A DNA stretch of 64,000 nucleotides from an uncultured Pseudomonadales bacterium (GTDB taxonomy: Bacteria > Pseudomonadota > Gammaproteobacteria > Pseudomonadales > Azotimanducaceae), in contig CAWUUH010000010.1 of NCBI GenBank assembly GCA_963925735.1, positions 12,856 to 76,855 on the forward strand, given 5' to 3'. This document shows positions 50,842 to 61,065 of the stretch, piece after piece. The position numbers and the translations under genes are program-made. The notes under the pieces were generated by a model. That model worked only from the letters and a program-made list of their open reading frames with translations. It was not told where the DNA came from and did not search any database. How positions within the stretch are numbered: position 1 is the stretch's first letter; each line of letters starts with the position of its first letter.

Positions 50842-51228
50842 TCAATGAATAATTTTCTGCCTCGAATGGCGACCTTCCGACTGATCACTTCGGTCAACAG
50901 GGACACTTCGATCTTCATTTGACCCGCTGGAAATATCATTGGGATTTCGAACTTCATAACGCCGGGTGGCAACCTCACCGTCTAGCACATCAGGCAAGAC
51001 TTTCAGAAACTCTTCCATGTGCGCCGTATCAAAGTGGTCTTGCAAGGCATCAACCGAATCCCATTCTTGAAACAACAGGAGCGTGTTCGGGTCCGACAAA
51101 CCCACATAAAATTCGTAACTGATACAGCCAAACTCTTCACGACTGGCGACAGACATACGCTGCATAAGCTTTAGCGCTTCTTCTCGAAACGCCTGTTTTA
51201 TTGGGAATTTACCGTGGACTATGATCAT
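50842..51228 (-). CDS. Antibiotic-biosynthesis-monooxygenase (ABM/ferredoxin-like) domain protein
   Basis: The N-terminal ~95 aa show the ABM pattern (C.SY.F......PN....FQEW.S..AL..H). Confidence 0.65.
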   Translation of the reverse strand: MIIVHGKFPIKQAFREEALKLMQRMSVASREEFGCISYEFYVGLSDPNTLLLFQEWDSVDALQDHFDTAHMEEFLKVLPDVLDGEVATRRYEVRNPNDISSGSNEDRSVPVDRSDQSEGRHSRQKIIH

Positions 51229-51311
51229 ATTACCGCTGTCATCTTCGCCTGGAGAGCTTAATTATAACGTGATTGCGTGGACCAGACACCTCCAAATCAA
51301 CCACGCTCACA

Positions 51312-52064
51312 TCAGTCCCGATGAACGGCGAATGGACCCCAAGCTTGAGCCGTGGGCATCACCTCCAGCTGATTGACATTGATATGCGGCGGTAAAGCCG
51401 TCACCCAATAAACAATTTCAGCGATATCGGCAGCGGTTAACGGCTGCATGCCCGAATAGACCTGCTTAGCCCGCTCCTCATCGCCATTAAAGCGTACCAC
51501 TGAAAACTCTGTTTCACACATCCCTGGCTCAATATTCGACACTCGAATCGATTTACCCAGCAGATCAGCACGTAAATTTCGTGAAAACTGTTGCACAAAC
51601 GCTTTCGTGCCGCCGTAAACATTCCCTCCGGGATAGGGCCAACTCGCAGCGACGGAGCCAATATTGACGACATGCCCACCACCGCGAGCGACCATCCCTG
51701 GAAGCATCGCCTGAGTCAAATACATCACACCTTTTATATTGGTATCGACCATGGCTTCCCAGTCGTCGACACTCGCGACGTCAGCACCACCCAAACCCAA
51801 AGCCAGACCAGCATTGTTAACGAGTATGCCAACGTCCGCAAAGGCCGCGGGCAGTGCTGCCGGCAGCGCAAACACAGCTTCTCGATCGCGAACGTCAAGC
51901 ACCACCGAATGCACTTCGGTAATCTGACTGAGCTCATCCGCAAGCGCTGATAATCTATCCGCACGGCGGGCACAGAGCACCAACCGCTGGCCATGCGCTG
52001 CAAACTTGCGAGCGCAGGCTTCACCGAATCCTGAGGATGCCCCAGTAATCAATACGCTATTCAT
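51312..52064 (-). CDS. NADP-dependent SDR (YdfG-like 3-hydroxy acid / malonic semialdehyde reductase)
   Basis: ITGASSGFG glycine motif, NNAG and YGGTK active site. It overlaps the prpE-like stop by 4 nt. Confidence 0.75.
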   Translation of the reverse strand: MNSVLITGASSGFGEACARKFAAHGQRLVLCARRADRLSALADELSQITEVHSVVLDVRDREAVFALPAALPAAFADVGILVNNAGLALGLGGADVASVDDWEAMVDTNIKGVMYLTQAMLPGMVARGGGHVVNIGSVAASWPYPGGNVYGGTKAFVQQFSRNLRADLLGKSIRVSNIEPGMCETEFSVVRFNGDEERAKQVYSGMQPLTAADIAEIVYWVTALPPHINVNQLEVMPTAQAWGPFAVHRD

Positions 52065-53965
52065 CCTTGTGTCTCCGCTATCTGGCCAACTTTTGCTGTC
52101 TTTAGGGCATCACGAATCTCGCCCAAGACGGACGGATCATCAATAGTAGCCGGTGGCTCGAAGGGCTTGTTGTCAGCAATCTTCCTGACGATCTGACGTA
52201 GGATTTTGCCGGATCGCGTCTTGGGCAACCGACTGACCACCACCGCTCGCTTGAAATTCGCGAAGGCACCAATGGCCTGCCTAACCATCGCCACCAGCTC
52301 CGCTTCGAGTTGGGCTGCGGGCAGCTGCACGCCGTCCTTGAGGATCAACAAACCGATGGGCAGTTGACCCTTATCTCGGTCTTCAATACCAACAACCGCA
52401 CACTCCGCTATGGCAGGGTGGGCTGCAACGATCTCTTCCATTTCTCCGGTAGAAAGCCTATGACCCGCTACATTGATGACATCATCAGTTCGTCCCATGA
52501 TATACAGGTAACCATCAGCATCGAAATAACCACCGTCACCGGTATGGTAATAGCCCGGATGCAGCGTCATATAAGCCTCTGTGTAACGTTGATGGTCACT
52601 CCAGACTGTCGACATGCAACCGGGAGGCAGGGGCAATCGAATCACGACATCGCCCTCTTCGCCGGCTGGCAGAACTTCATGGTTAGCTCCCAGCACCTGA
52701 ACGTCAAAGCCTGGGACTGCAAAGCTCGCCGAACCCGCCAGCGTCGGCCTGGGCTCAATTCCCCGCAGATTAGCCGCAACGGGCCAACCGGTTTCGGTCT
52801 GCCACCAATGGTCGATCACAGGAATGTTCAATATATTGCAAAGCCAGTGGTACGTGGGCGGGTCCGTTCGCTCACCGGCAACGAACAAAGCTTGCAGGCA
52901 GGAGATGTCATAGTCTCGAAGCAGCAAACTCTCAGGATCCTCTTTGCGCATGGCGCGAAAACCAGTGGGCGCGGTAAAAAATACCTTAACCTGATGTTGC
53001 TCAATGACCCGCCAGAACGTCCCCGCATCTGGCGTTCGCACGGGCTTGCCTTCAAACAAGATTGTTGTACAACCAGTAATCAGTGGCGCATAAACGATAT
53101 AGGAGTGGCCCACTACCCAGCCAACATCCGAGGCCGCCCAAAAGACATCGCCAGGTCCGACATCGTAGATCGCCTGCATGCTATATCGCAAAGCGACGGC
53201 ATGGCCCCCGTTATCCCTGACAACACCCTTGGGCTTGCCCGTGGTGCCCGATGTATAAAGCACATAGAGTGGGTCAGTGGCCTTCAACGACACGCAAGCA
53301 GCCGGCACAGCGGCGGCGACAGCAACGTCCCAGTCTATGTCTGTAGCTTGGAGCTCAGCCCGAGCTTGAGGACGTTGCAGGATGACACAGGCGTCAACCT
53401 GATGTTGAGCGAGGGCCAAGGCCTGATCCAATAGCGGCTTGTAAGGAATAACCGATGCGAATTCAATGCCGCAGGAGGCCGCGATAATCAATTTTGGCGT
53501 AGCATCATCGATACGACTGGCAAGCTCCCTGGCTGCAAATCCACCGAACACGACTGAGTGAACTGCCCCTATACGTGCACAAGCCAGCATCGCGATTACT
53601 GCCTCAGGAATCATCGGCATATAGATAATGACCCGCTCGCCCTTAGTGACACCCCGTGACAGCAGCACTCCGGCAAATAGCGCCACTTGTTCACGCAGCT
53701 GCGAATAACTGAAGTGTTGCACCGTCGCGGTCACCGGCGAGTCATAGATCAACGCTGTCTGTTCACCGCGACCCTGCTCTATGTGGTAATCCAGCGCCAG
53801 ATAGCAGGTATTTAACTCACCATCGGCATACCAGGCGTCATTACCATTAGCATCTTTACTGAGGATCTTCTCTGGCGCTCGATCCCATTGAATCAGGTCT
53901 GCCTGTTCACGCCAGAACCCAACCGGGTCGGCCAAAGATTTCGCATATTCGACTGCGTAACTCAC
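52061..53965 (-). CDS. prpE: Propionate--CoA ligase-like acyl-CoA synthetase (PrpE/Acs family)
   Basis: YTSGTTGKPKG AMP motif and the PrpE-like segment VVFGGFAARELASRIDDATPKLIIAASCGIE. Start taken as GTG 53965, preceded by AGGAG. Confidence 0.8.
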   Translation of the reverse strand: MSYAVEYAKSLADPVGFWREQADLIQWDRAPEKILSKDANGNDAWYADGELNTCYLALDYHIEQGRGEQTALIYDSPVTATVQHFSYSQLREQVALFAGVLLSRGVTKGERVIIYMPMIPEAVIAMLACARIGAVHSVVFGGFAARELASRIDDATPKLIIAASCGIEFASVIPYKPLLDQALALAQHQVDACVILQRPQARAELQATDIDWDVAVAAAVPAACVSLKATDPLYVLYTSGTTGKPKGVVRDNGGHAVALRYSMQAIYDVGPGDVFWAASDVGWVVGHSYIVYAPLITGCTTILFEGKPVRTPDAGTFWRVIEQHQVKVFFTAPTGFRAMRKEDPESLLLRDYDISCLQALFVAGERTDPPTYHWLCNILNIPVIDHWWQTETGWPVAANLRGIEPRPTLAGSASFAVPGFDVQVLGANHEVLPAGEEGDVVIRLPLPPGCMSTVWSDHQRYTEAYMTLHPGYYHTGDGGYFDADGYLYIMGRTDDVINVAGHRLSTGEMEEIVAAHPAIAECAVVGIEDRDKGQLPIGLLILKDGVQLPAAQLEAELVAMVRQAIGAFANFKRAVVVSRLPKTRSGKILRQIVRKIADNKPFEPPATIDDPSVLGEIRDALKTAKVGQIAETQG

Positions 53966-54022
53966 CTTTGATACTCCTGTGAAAACGAGCAAAAACATTA
54001 ACACTTACAGAAAAAAAAGGAC

Positions 54023-54050
54023 AAAAAAAAGGGATCACCAGGATCCCTTT
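54023..54050 (-). terminator. Rho-independent terminator of the 171-aa orphan gene
   Basis: On the minus strand GGGATCC-TGG-TGATCCC (one G-T wobble) is followed by T8. Confidence 0.85.
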
Positions 54051-54067
54051 TCGCCGCTGAGCACGCT

Positions 54068-54583
54068 CTAGGCTTTTTTCGGTCGCTTCCGTTTCATCGC
54101 ATCCAACTGTGCTTTAGTCGGCTGTGCGCTAAGCAATTCCTGATAGACCTTAGCCCGCTTAGAAATCTTCTTATGGTCGATATAAAAATCCACGGCTTTC
54201 TGCCACGCTGACTCTAGCCCGTGCAAATTAATTGACACCGTCGTGTTGACGATTTTGCCGACCTTAGCAGACATAATACCGATCTGAAAAACCGGCGTAC
54301 GTGTACCGCTCTTTTCTGTTTTCATTCGAAACAGAATACCTCGAACCTTACCATCTTTATCAAACAAGGCATTTTTTGCCGCTTCAGCCTTAGCTTTAAC
54401 CTGTAATTTTTGCAGAACCGCGTCACGATCCTCAGCGACCTGTTTGACTGCGGCACGAACTGCACCGCGCATACGCTTGCCATCCGCCTTCAGGGAAAAA
54501 TATTCCTGGTAAGTTTTTCCGGCTATCTGACGTCTGACCCTGAACCCATGGAACCGAGTGGTATCAAGTAATTCTACGCTCAT
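54068..54583 (-). CDS. Hypothetical basic protein (possible tandem AP2-like DNA-binding repeats, Lys/Arg-rich tail)
   Basis: 171-aa ORF flanked by an AT-rich upstream region and its own strong terminator. I do not recognise the family. Confidence 0.6.
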   Translation of the reverse strand: MSVELLDTTRFHGFRVRRQIAGKTYQEYFSLKADGKRMRGAVRAAVKQVAEDRDAVLQKLQVKAKAEAAKNALFDKDGKVRGILFRMKTEKSGTRTPVFQIGIMSAKVGKIVNTTVSINLHGLESAWQKAVDFYIDHKKISKRAKVYQELLSAQPTKAQLDAMKRKRPKKA

Positions 54584-54860
54584 TTGTTAGCACCTACTTT
54601 ATCTGGTTAATGGGAGGGTGATCATCTAAGCACTTACCGCGTTGACCGCGGCTTTTGACAATTTCGCCACACACAAGCCGATGAAGGGGTGATTCTACTG
54701 CATTAATGGCAATAAATAATGACTAAACACACAATTTTTTGACAAATAAACAGGTTTATCTCAAACAATATGCACCTAACTGCTTTTTTCTGTTTCTTTT
54801 CCGCGATAATCAGCTGCACCCGCAAGAACTCCGGCCACAGCTAACCATTAGCATCCACCC

Positions 54861-56051
54861 CTAGCCAGCGGACAAATTCACAGCTCCGACACTCACAAGC
54901 GCATCTATCTCTGCTGGTGAATAGCCCGCCGACGCCAGCACTTCTCGACTGTCCTCGCCCGCCATGCGAGAGCTGACGGTCAACTCAGGGGCTGTTCGAC
55001 TAAATCTAGGCGCAGGCGCCGGCTGAATCACCCCATCCATCTCAACAAAAGACTGACGAGCCTTGTTATGGGGATGATCGGCCACCTCGCTCAATGCCAG
55101 CACGGGCGCAAAACAGACATCAGTGCCTTGCATAATCTCGGTCCACTCATCCCGGGTCTTTTGCCTGATCGCATCTGTTAGTCGAGCTTTGTATTCGGGC
55201 CATCGCGATTGATCCATTTGCGGCGTAAAGTCTTCAACCTTAAGTCCTGCCTTCTCAAGCAACAGGGCGTAAAATTGCGGCTCTATCGACCCCAACGATA
55301 TATATCCGCCGTCCTTGGTTTCATAGGTGTCATAAAAGTGAGCTCCGCCATCTAACATATTGGACGCCCTCTCCTCCTTCCAGAGGCCCGCTGCACGCAT
55401 AGTAAAGAACATCGACATCAGCACAGACGCGCCTTCTACCATGGAGGTATCGACCACCTGACCCATACCTGACTTTTGTGCCTCGAGCAGCGCGCATACC
55501 ATGCCAAAGGCCAGGAACATCCCACCACCACCAAAATCACCTACCAAATTAAGTGGCGGCACCGGCTTACCATCTTTACCGCCGATAGAATGTAAAGCGC
55601 CTGACAGCGCAATATAGTTGATGTCATGCCCGGCAGCATGGGCCATGGGGCCGTCCTGCCCCCAACCTGTCATGCGTCCGTAGACCAGCTTTGGATTCCG
55701 CGCCATACATTCTTCTGGACCTAACCCCAGGCGCTCCGTAACACCCGGTCGAAAACCCTCAAAGATGCCATCTGCCGATTCACAAAGCTTGAGGATTACC
55801 TCTTTGCCTTCAGGGCTCTTAAGATCGACAGCGATAGACTTTCGACCGCGAGTCAATACATCGACCCCACGCCGCCCGCCTTTACTCGCGCGATCAACTC
55901 GAATCACCTCGGCGCCCATATCTGCCAACATCATGCCGCAAAACGGCCCAGGGCCAATGCCCGCCAACTCGATAATCTTAATACCCGATAATGGTCCCAC
56001 TGTTGATACCTCTGCCTGATTGATTTGCTGACATTTAGTCACATTCGGCAT
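54861..56051 (-). CDS. Family III CoA-transferase (CaiB/BaiF; alpha-methylacyl-CoA racemase-like)
   Basis: [27 protein letters not shown] signature and a conserved Asp region (VGDFGGG). An alternative GTG start at 56000 has an AGAGG SD. Confidence 0.85.
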   Translation of the reverse strand: MPNVTKCQQINQAEVSTVGPLSGIKIIELAGIGPGPFCGMMLADMGAEVIRVDRASKGGRRGVDVLTRGRKSIAVDLKSPEGKEVILKLCESADGIFEGFRPGVTERLGLGPEECMARNPKLVYGRMTGWGQDGPMAHAAGHDINYIALSGALHSIGGKDGKPVPPLNLVGDFGGGGMFLAFGMVCALLEAQKSGMGQVVDTSMVEGASVLMSMFFTMRAAGLWKEERASNMLDGGAHFYDTYETKDGGYISLGSIEPQFYALLLEKAGLKVEDFTPQMDQSRWPEYKARLTDAIRQKTRDEWTEIMQGTDVCFAPVLALSEVADHPHNKARQSFVEMDGVIQPAPAPRFSRTAPELTVSSRMAGEDSREVLASAGYSPAEIDALVSVGAVNLSAG

Positions 56052-56368
56052 CCAGGGGCAACAATCAAGCGAACGCTAGCAGCGCTGCACCGGCTCACAA
56101 CCATGTCCGCCGAGCATTTGACTTGAGTAACGCGGCTTATTCCTGGCGATTTCAACTCAGACCCGGCCGCAGCAGAACGTAAGAGGAAGTCAATCAACGT
56201 CATTTGCCTTAAGGAATCCATATTTTTCTGCCAAAATTCGGTATCATCGCCTTTTCAACACGCCTGCGCAGGCCCACCAGCGAGCCCATCGACACTCATG
56301 GAAACCTACCAGCCAATTTCGGGCCAATTCCCTGTTAACTCCCGGCCCACGCCCTCTCAACTAGGAAC

Positions 56369-57034
56369 ATGAACATGCGCGACCTACTGGAACATATCGA
56401 AATTGAGCCAGCAACGCCGGCTATCGCCACTGTTATTTGGCTGCATGGTCTCGGTGCCGACGGCCACGACTTCGAACCCATTGTCCCTGAGTTGAATTTG
56501 CCGAAGGATTCCGGTATTCGCTTTATTTTCCCTCACGCCCCGATTCGGCCGGTCTCAATCAACAATGGCGACGAGATGCGTGCCTGGTATGATTTCGTGC
56601 CTCATGCAGAATCTGGAGCTGTTGATGATATCAACGAATCCGCTAGCCAAATCAGCGACTTTATTGCCCGCGAGCTCGCACGCGGCATTCCCAGCGAGAA
56701 CATCCTACTGGCAGGCTTCTCTCAAGGCGGGGTGATCGCGCTGCATACCGCTTTGCGTTACGACATGCGACTGGCGGGTGTGATCGCACTTTCAACCTAC
56801 CTGCACGACTATAAACGGACGGAACAAGAGCGCACAGATGCCAATCTTGGCATTCCGATTCTGATGATCCACGGCACCCAGGACCCCATGATCCCCATCA
56901 TGCAAGCGGCCACCTCGAGAGAAAACCTCAAACGCCTGGGCTATGAGGTGCGTTGGTCTGATTATCCCATGGGCCACCAGGTTTGCATGGAAGAGGTCGA
57001 AGAGATCTCGCACTTCCTTCAGGAAGTCTTGTGA
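56369..57034 (+). CDS. Phospholipase/carboxylesterase family alpha/beta hydrolase
   Basis: WLHGLGADG, the GFSQGG nucleophile elbow, and late Asp/His (HGTQDP, GHQV). Confidence 0.85.
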   Translation: MNMRDLLEHIEIEPATPAIATVIWLHGLGADGHDFEPIVPELNLPKDSGIRFIFPHAPIRPVSINNGDEMRAWYDFVPHAESGAVDDINESASQISDFIARELARGIPSENILLAGFSQGGVIALHTALRYDMRLAGVIALSTYLHDYKRTEQERTDANLGIPILMIHGTQDPMIPIMQAATSRENLKRLGYEVRWSDYPMGHQVCMEEVEEISHFLQEVL

Positions 57035-57645
57035 ACCAACCCCTCTCCGAAGGCGTCATAGCCATTCTTGCCGTCAGCGGGCTCAAGCTCTCGACGCCAG
57101 CAGAATGGACTCAGGGGGTACTCCATGAGTTTGATCGATTCCTTCAAGATCATGCCGCCAACGAACGTAAGGCGTCCTCCATGGCAATGTCGATGGTCGC
57201 CCACTATCCTGATCGCGCTGAACTGGTGGAGGCGATGATCGATCTTGCCTTAGAAGAGCTGAACCATTTTCGCCAGGTGGTACGTCTCATGACCCAGCGC
57301 AACGTCAGACTCGGTGATGACGAAAAAGATCCTTATGTGAACGAAATATTACGCCAGGTTCGTAAGGGCACGACCCCCTACTTCATCGATCGACTGTTGT
57401 CCGCTGCGGTGATCGAAGCCCGTGGGGCCGAACGATTTGCCTTGCTCGCGAAGGCTGACCTGCCAGCGGACGTGCAGACATTTTACCGCACCTTGGCACG
57501 GTCCGAGGCTAATCATCATCAGTTGTTTATTCGCCTGGCGGCCCTCTACTTTCCGCTGCAAACCGTCAAAGACCGTCTCGATGAATGGCTCGACATTGAA
57601 GCCAGCGCCATGAACGCCCTGGAAATTCGCCCACGATTACACTAA
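57031..57645 (+). CDS. miaE: tRNA-(ms2io6A37)-hydroxylase MiaE (diiron ferritin-like)
   Basis: DHAANERKAS, EELNHF, EARGAERF and SEANHH diiron motifs. The GTG start overlaps the esterase stop (GTGA). Confidence 0.8.
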   Translation: MNQPLSEGVIAILAVSGLKLSTPAEWTQGVLHEFDRFLQDHAANERKASSMAMSMVAHYPDRAELVEAMIDLALEELNHFRQVVRLMTQRNVRLGDDEKDPYVNEILRQVRKGTTPYFIDRLLSAAVIEARGAERFALLAKADLPADVQTFYRTLARSEANHHQLFIRLAALYFPLQTVKDRLDEWLDIEASAMNALEIRPRLH

Positions 57646-57674
57646 CGAAGCGCGCCTGTCGCCAATGAAGATTT

Positions 57675-58922
57675 ATGTCGCCTGAAAAAGCTCAGCTTCA
57701 GTACCTGGAGAGATATGCAGAGCCGGAAATCCACGCCCTTGAAGGGCTTGATATCCGCCGCTACGCGCACTGCCTGGTGATACCCGCGCACCGCGAACCG
57801 CCCGAGTCATTAATCCAGGTCTGGCCACACGCAGACCCCGGCTTACTCATGATCGTGGTCGTCAATAGCTGGGATAGCACCGACCGCATCAGCCAACTCA
57901 TGTTGCAGAATTTGACTCGTGAACCCGCCCAGCAGTCCGGTCATCTGCACTACATTCATGGATCTGCCAGGCCTGACCTCATCATCGTCGATCGATGCCT
58001 ACCGGGGCGACTGATACCCCGCAGACAGGGAGTGGGGCTCGCGCGCAAAATCGGCGCCGATGTGGCCCTGGCATTAATCTGCAGCGGCGCCATCGAATCA
58101 CCTTTGATCAATAGCACCGATGCCGATGTAGTCTTACCGAACAATTATTTCGACACACCAGCACCGGCATTATCTACCGCAGCTATCCTGCAACCGTTTC
58201 ACCACTATTTTGCCGCCGAACTGGAGTTAGCTTCAAAACTGTATGACATTTCGATGTATTACTATGTTCGCGGCTTGCGCTACGCCGGCAGTGGTTACGC
58301 GTTTCATACCATCGGTAGCACCCTGCGCATCAATGCCAAGCACTATGCCCAGGTTCGCGGTTTTCCAAAGCGCAACGCCGCCGAAGACTTCTACATTCTG
58401 AATAAGCTGGCCAAAACCGGCCAGATCGAGATCAACCCGGGCGCCGCTATCCGCATCCAGGCCAGACTGTCGGACCGAGCGCCATTCGGCACCGGGCCGG
58501 CATTGCAGACCATCAGTTCACTGGCAGCGCCGATCACCGATTATGCATTCTATGATCCACGGGTGTTCCACATGCTGCGAATTTTTCTCGCCACCGCAGA
58601 ACAACTCCACAACCAGGACCCAGAGATCTGCTTTCGACAGACCCCGGAAATTCTCAACTGGCTCAATCATGCTGGTCTGCGTCAACTGCTGGGTCAGCAA
58701 CGACGGTCGTTGAAACCGGTTTTTGAGCGCTTCCTGCGTGATTGGTTCGATGGATTTCAAACGCTGAAATTCATTCACTTCATGCGCGACCAATACTTTC
58801 CGTCAATGTCTCTCGACAGCATATGTGATGGCACGGTGTTGCCTGAGGCTCACATCCAGAACCTTGAAGCTGTACGATGGCTGCATCGAGCGCTCACTGA
58901 GGAACCGGACCCAGGCTTATGA
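57675..58922 (+). CDS. Hypothetical protein, GT-A-fold glycosyltransferase-like
   Basis: VIPAHRE near the N-terminus, NSTDADVV (DxD-like) and AEDFYILNKL segments suggest a GT2-like fold. This is weak, by-eye evidence. Confidence 0.5.
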   Translation: MSPEKAQLQYLERYAEPEIHALEGLDIRRYAHCLVIPAHREPPESLIQVWPHADPGLLMIVVVNSWDSTDRISQLMLQNLTREPAQQSGHLHYIHGSARPDLIIVDRCLPGRLIPRRQGVGLARKIGADVALALICSGAIESPLINSTDADVVLPNNYFDTPAPALSTAAILQPFHHYFAAELELASKLYDISMYYYVRGLRYAGSGYAFHTIGSTLRINAKHYAQVRGFPKRNAAEDFYILNKLAKTGQIEINPGAAIRIQARLSDRAPFGTGPALQTISSLAAPITDYAFYDPRVFHMLRIFLATAEQLHNQDPEICFRQTPEILNWLNHAGLRQLLGQQRRSLKPVFERFLRDWFDGFQTLKFIHFMRDQYFPSMSLDSICDGTVLPEAHIQNLEAVRWLHRALTEEPDPGL

Positions 58923-60070
58923 AAATCTCACCATTCAAGATCGACATTGACGCTGCCGTCATCACTGATTTGCACCAGCGTCTGCGCAACACTCGCTGGC
59001 CCGATGAGATTGGCCAGGATTGGCAGTACGGTACAGACCGCCAATGGTTACAGTCTTTGTGCCAATATTGGCTGGAACAGTATGACTGGCGGCAACAAGA
59101 GGCGAAGCTGAATCAATTCGAGCACTTCACGGCGGAAATTGATGACCAATCACTCCACTTCATTCATGCCCGCTCACCCCACGCCGAAGCCTTGCCCTTA
59201 ATCATGACTCACGGTTGGCCAGGTTCGATCGTTGAATTCAGTCGTATCTTGCCAATGTTGACTCACCCCGAACAATTTGGTGGCACCGCTGCTGACGCGT
59301 TTCATGTTGTCTGCCCATCCATTCCTGGGTACGGCTTTTCCAGCGCACCCTCCAGTCCAGGGTTTGACCAAAAATGTGTCGCCGCAGGACACGTGCGACT
59401 GATGGCCGAACTCGGCTATGACCGTTACGGCGCTCAAGGCGGTGACTGGGGGTCAGCGATCAGCAGCTGGACTGCAGTATTGGCTCCCGAACAGGTTTGT
59501 GGCATTCACTTGACCCTGGTTTTTGCAGGCTATCCAAAACATTTGCCGAAGCCCTTTGCCGGCGTCACAGACCAAGAACGGCGCGTGCTCAGCGAGCGTC
59601 AGACGTTGATGACAGACGGTACCGGTTACCAGGCAATCCAGGGTTCCAGGCCTCAGACCCTGGGCTACGGTTTGCACGACTCACCCAGTGGACTGGCCGC
59701 CTGGATCAGCGAAAAATTCCATTTTTGGACCGATTGCCATGGCCAGCTGGAGAATAGCGTTAGCCGTGACGAGCTACTGACAAACATCATGCTCTACTGG
59801 GTCACTGGCACCATTACGTCTTCCACTCGGCTGTATTACGAGTCAAATCATGTAGGCAACAATCTCTTCGAACATGGTAGAATCGAGACGCCCACAGGCT
59901 GCACCATGTTCCCAGCAGAGCTATACCAACCACCCAGAAGTTGGGCTGAGGAACTCTACAATATTCAGCACTGGACCCTGCAGCCCGCGGGCGGCCATTT
60001 CGCCGCCCTCGAACAGCCAGAGTTATTGGCGGCGGACATGCGGACATTTTTTCAAAAATTCAGACTATAG
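58919..60070 (+). CDS. Epoxide hydrolase (microsomal EH N-terminal domain plus alpha/beta hydrolase)
   Basis: F.I.I....I.DL..RL..TRWPDE N-domain, HGWPGS oxyanion motif and GGDWG nucleophile. The ATGA overlap joins it to the upstream gene. Confidence 0.85.
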   Translation: MKISPFKIDIDAAVITDLHQRLRNTRWPDEIGQDWQYGTDRQWLQSLCQYWLEQYDWRQQEAKLNQFEHFTAEIDDQSLHFIHARSPHAEALPLIMTHGWPGSIVEFSRILPMLTHPEQFGGTAADAFHVVCPSIPGYGFSSAPSSPGFDQKCVAAGHVRLMAELGYDRYGAQGGDWGSAISSWTAVLAPEQVCGIHLTLVFAGYPKHLPKPFAGVTDQERRVLSERQTLMTDGTGYQAIQGSRPQTLGYGLHDSPSGLAAWISEKFHFWTDCHGQLENSVSRDELLTNIMLYWVTGTITSSTRLYYESNHVGNNLFEHGRIETPTGCTMFPAELYQPPRSWAEELYNIQHWTLQPAGGHFAALEQPELLAADMRTFFQKFRL

Positions 60071-60086
60071 AGAATAAAGCACGCTC

Positions 60087-61040
60087 ATGAGTACAGTATT
60101 TATCGATGGTCAAGTGGGCACTACGGGCCTGCAAATTCACGAAAGATTGAGTCAGCGTACCGATATTGAACTGCTGCAGATTTCCGCTGAGGATCGAAAG
60201 AACCCGCTGATCAAGCAACAGCTGATCAACAGCGCCGACGTGGTTATCCTATGCTTGCCGGATGATGCTGCGAGAGAGACTGTCGCCCTCGTCGATAATC
60301 CCAATACCCGCATTTTGGACGCCAGCACAGCCCATCGGGTCGCACCAGATTGGGTCTATGGTCTGGCGGAACTCGCGCCACAGCAAAGAGACAAAATTCG
60401 CCAGGCGCGCTACATCTCCAACCCCGGCTGTTGGGCCACAGGGTTCCTGCTGGCCGTGACGCCACTGATCCGCAGCGGTCTGCTGCGCGCCGACATCCCG
60501 TTAATTTGCCACGGCGTATCCGGCTACAGCGGCGGTGGTAAAAACATGATTGAACAATACGTCGAGCGCGCTCAACAGCAGCCCGAACATCTTTGGTACA
60601 CACGGCCTTATGGCCTCGGCCTTACCCACAAACATCTGAACGAGATGAAGCACTATGCGGGCCTAGCACTGCCGCCCATGTTTATGCCATCCGTTGCCCA
60701 TTTTCCACAGGGCATGTTAGTTAATATCCCTTTACCTAAAAGCTGGTTCACCACCGCTGTGAACCTACAAACCGTGCGCAGTCTGCTGGCCGAGGCTTAC
60801 GCCGACGAAGCCTGCGTGCGGGTGCACGAAATCAACGATAGTGGCGCATTGGACGATGGTTTTCTTGAGCCACAACGCAACAACGGCACCAATCGCAATG
60901 ACTTGTTTGTATTCGGCAATGACGAACAGCTCCTCTTAACTTCTTGCCTAGACAATCTGGGCAAAGGCGCAGCAGGAGCCGCCGTACAAAACCTCAACCT
61001 GATGTTAGACAAAGATGAACTAACGGGTCTCACTGTCTAG
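60087..61040 (+). CDS. argC: N-acetyl-gamma-glutamyl-phosphate reductase (short, type 2 ArgC)
   Basis: [13 protein letters not shown] start, NPGCWATG catalytic Cys motif and C-terminal DNLGKGAAG. Confidence 0.85.
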   Translation: MSTVFIDGQVGTTGLQIHERLSQRTDIELLQISAEDRKNPLIKQQLINSADVVILCLPDDAARETVALVDNPNTRILDASTAHRVAPDWVYGLAELAPQQRDKIRQARYISNPGCWATGFLLAVTPLIRSGLLRADIPLICHGVSGYSGGGKNMIEQYVERAQQQPEHLWYTRPYGLGLTHKHLNEMKHYAGLALPPMFMPSVAHFPQGMLVNIPLPKSWFTTAVNLQTVRSLLAEAYADEACVRVHEINDSGALDDGFLEPQRNNGTNRNDLFVFGNDEQLLLTSCLDNLGKGAAGAAVQNLNLMLDKDELTGLTV

Positions 61041-61065
61041 CGATCCAGTCCAATTGGAGTACTTA

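Noticed and set aside
52310-53434. 374-aa plus-strand ORF, together with similar long ORFs at 35739-36371 (+), 18662-19261 (+), 4390-4869 (-), 39805-40272 (+), 2191-2595 (+), 6104-6472 (-) and 40997-41410 (+)
   Set aside because: Each lies entirely antisense to, or out of frame within, a gene with strong family motifs (prpE, cpoB, the SSS symporter, ADH, tolQ and others). Their translations are Arg/Ser/Pro/Gly-rich with no recognisable motifs. They are shadow ORFs.
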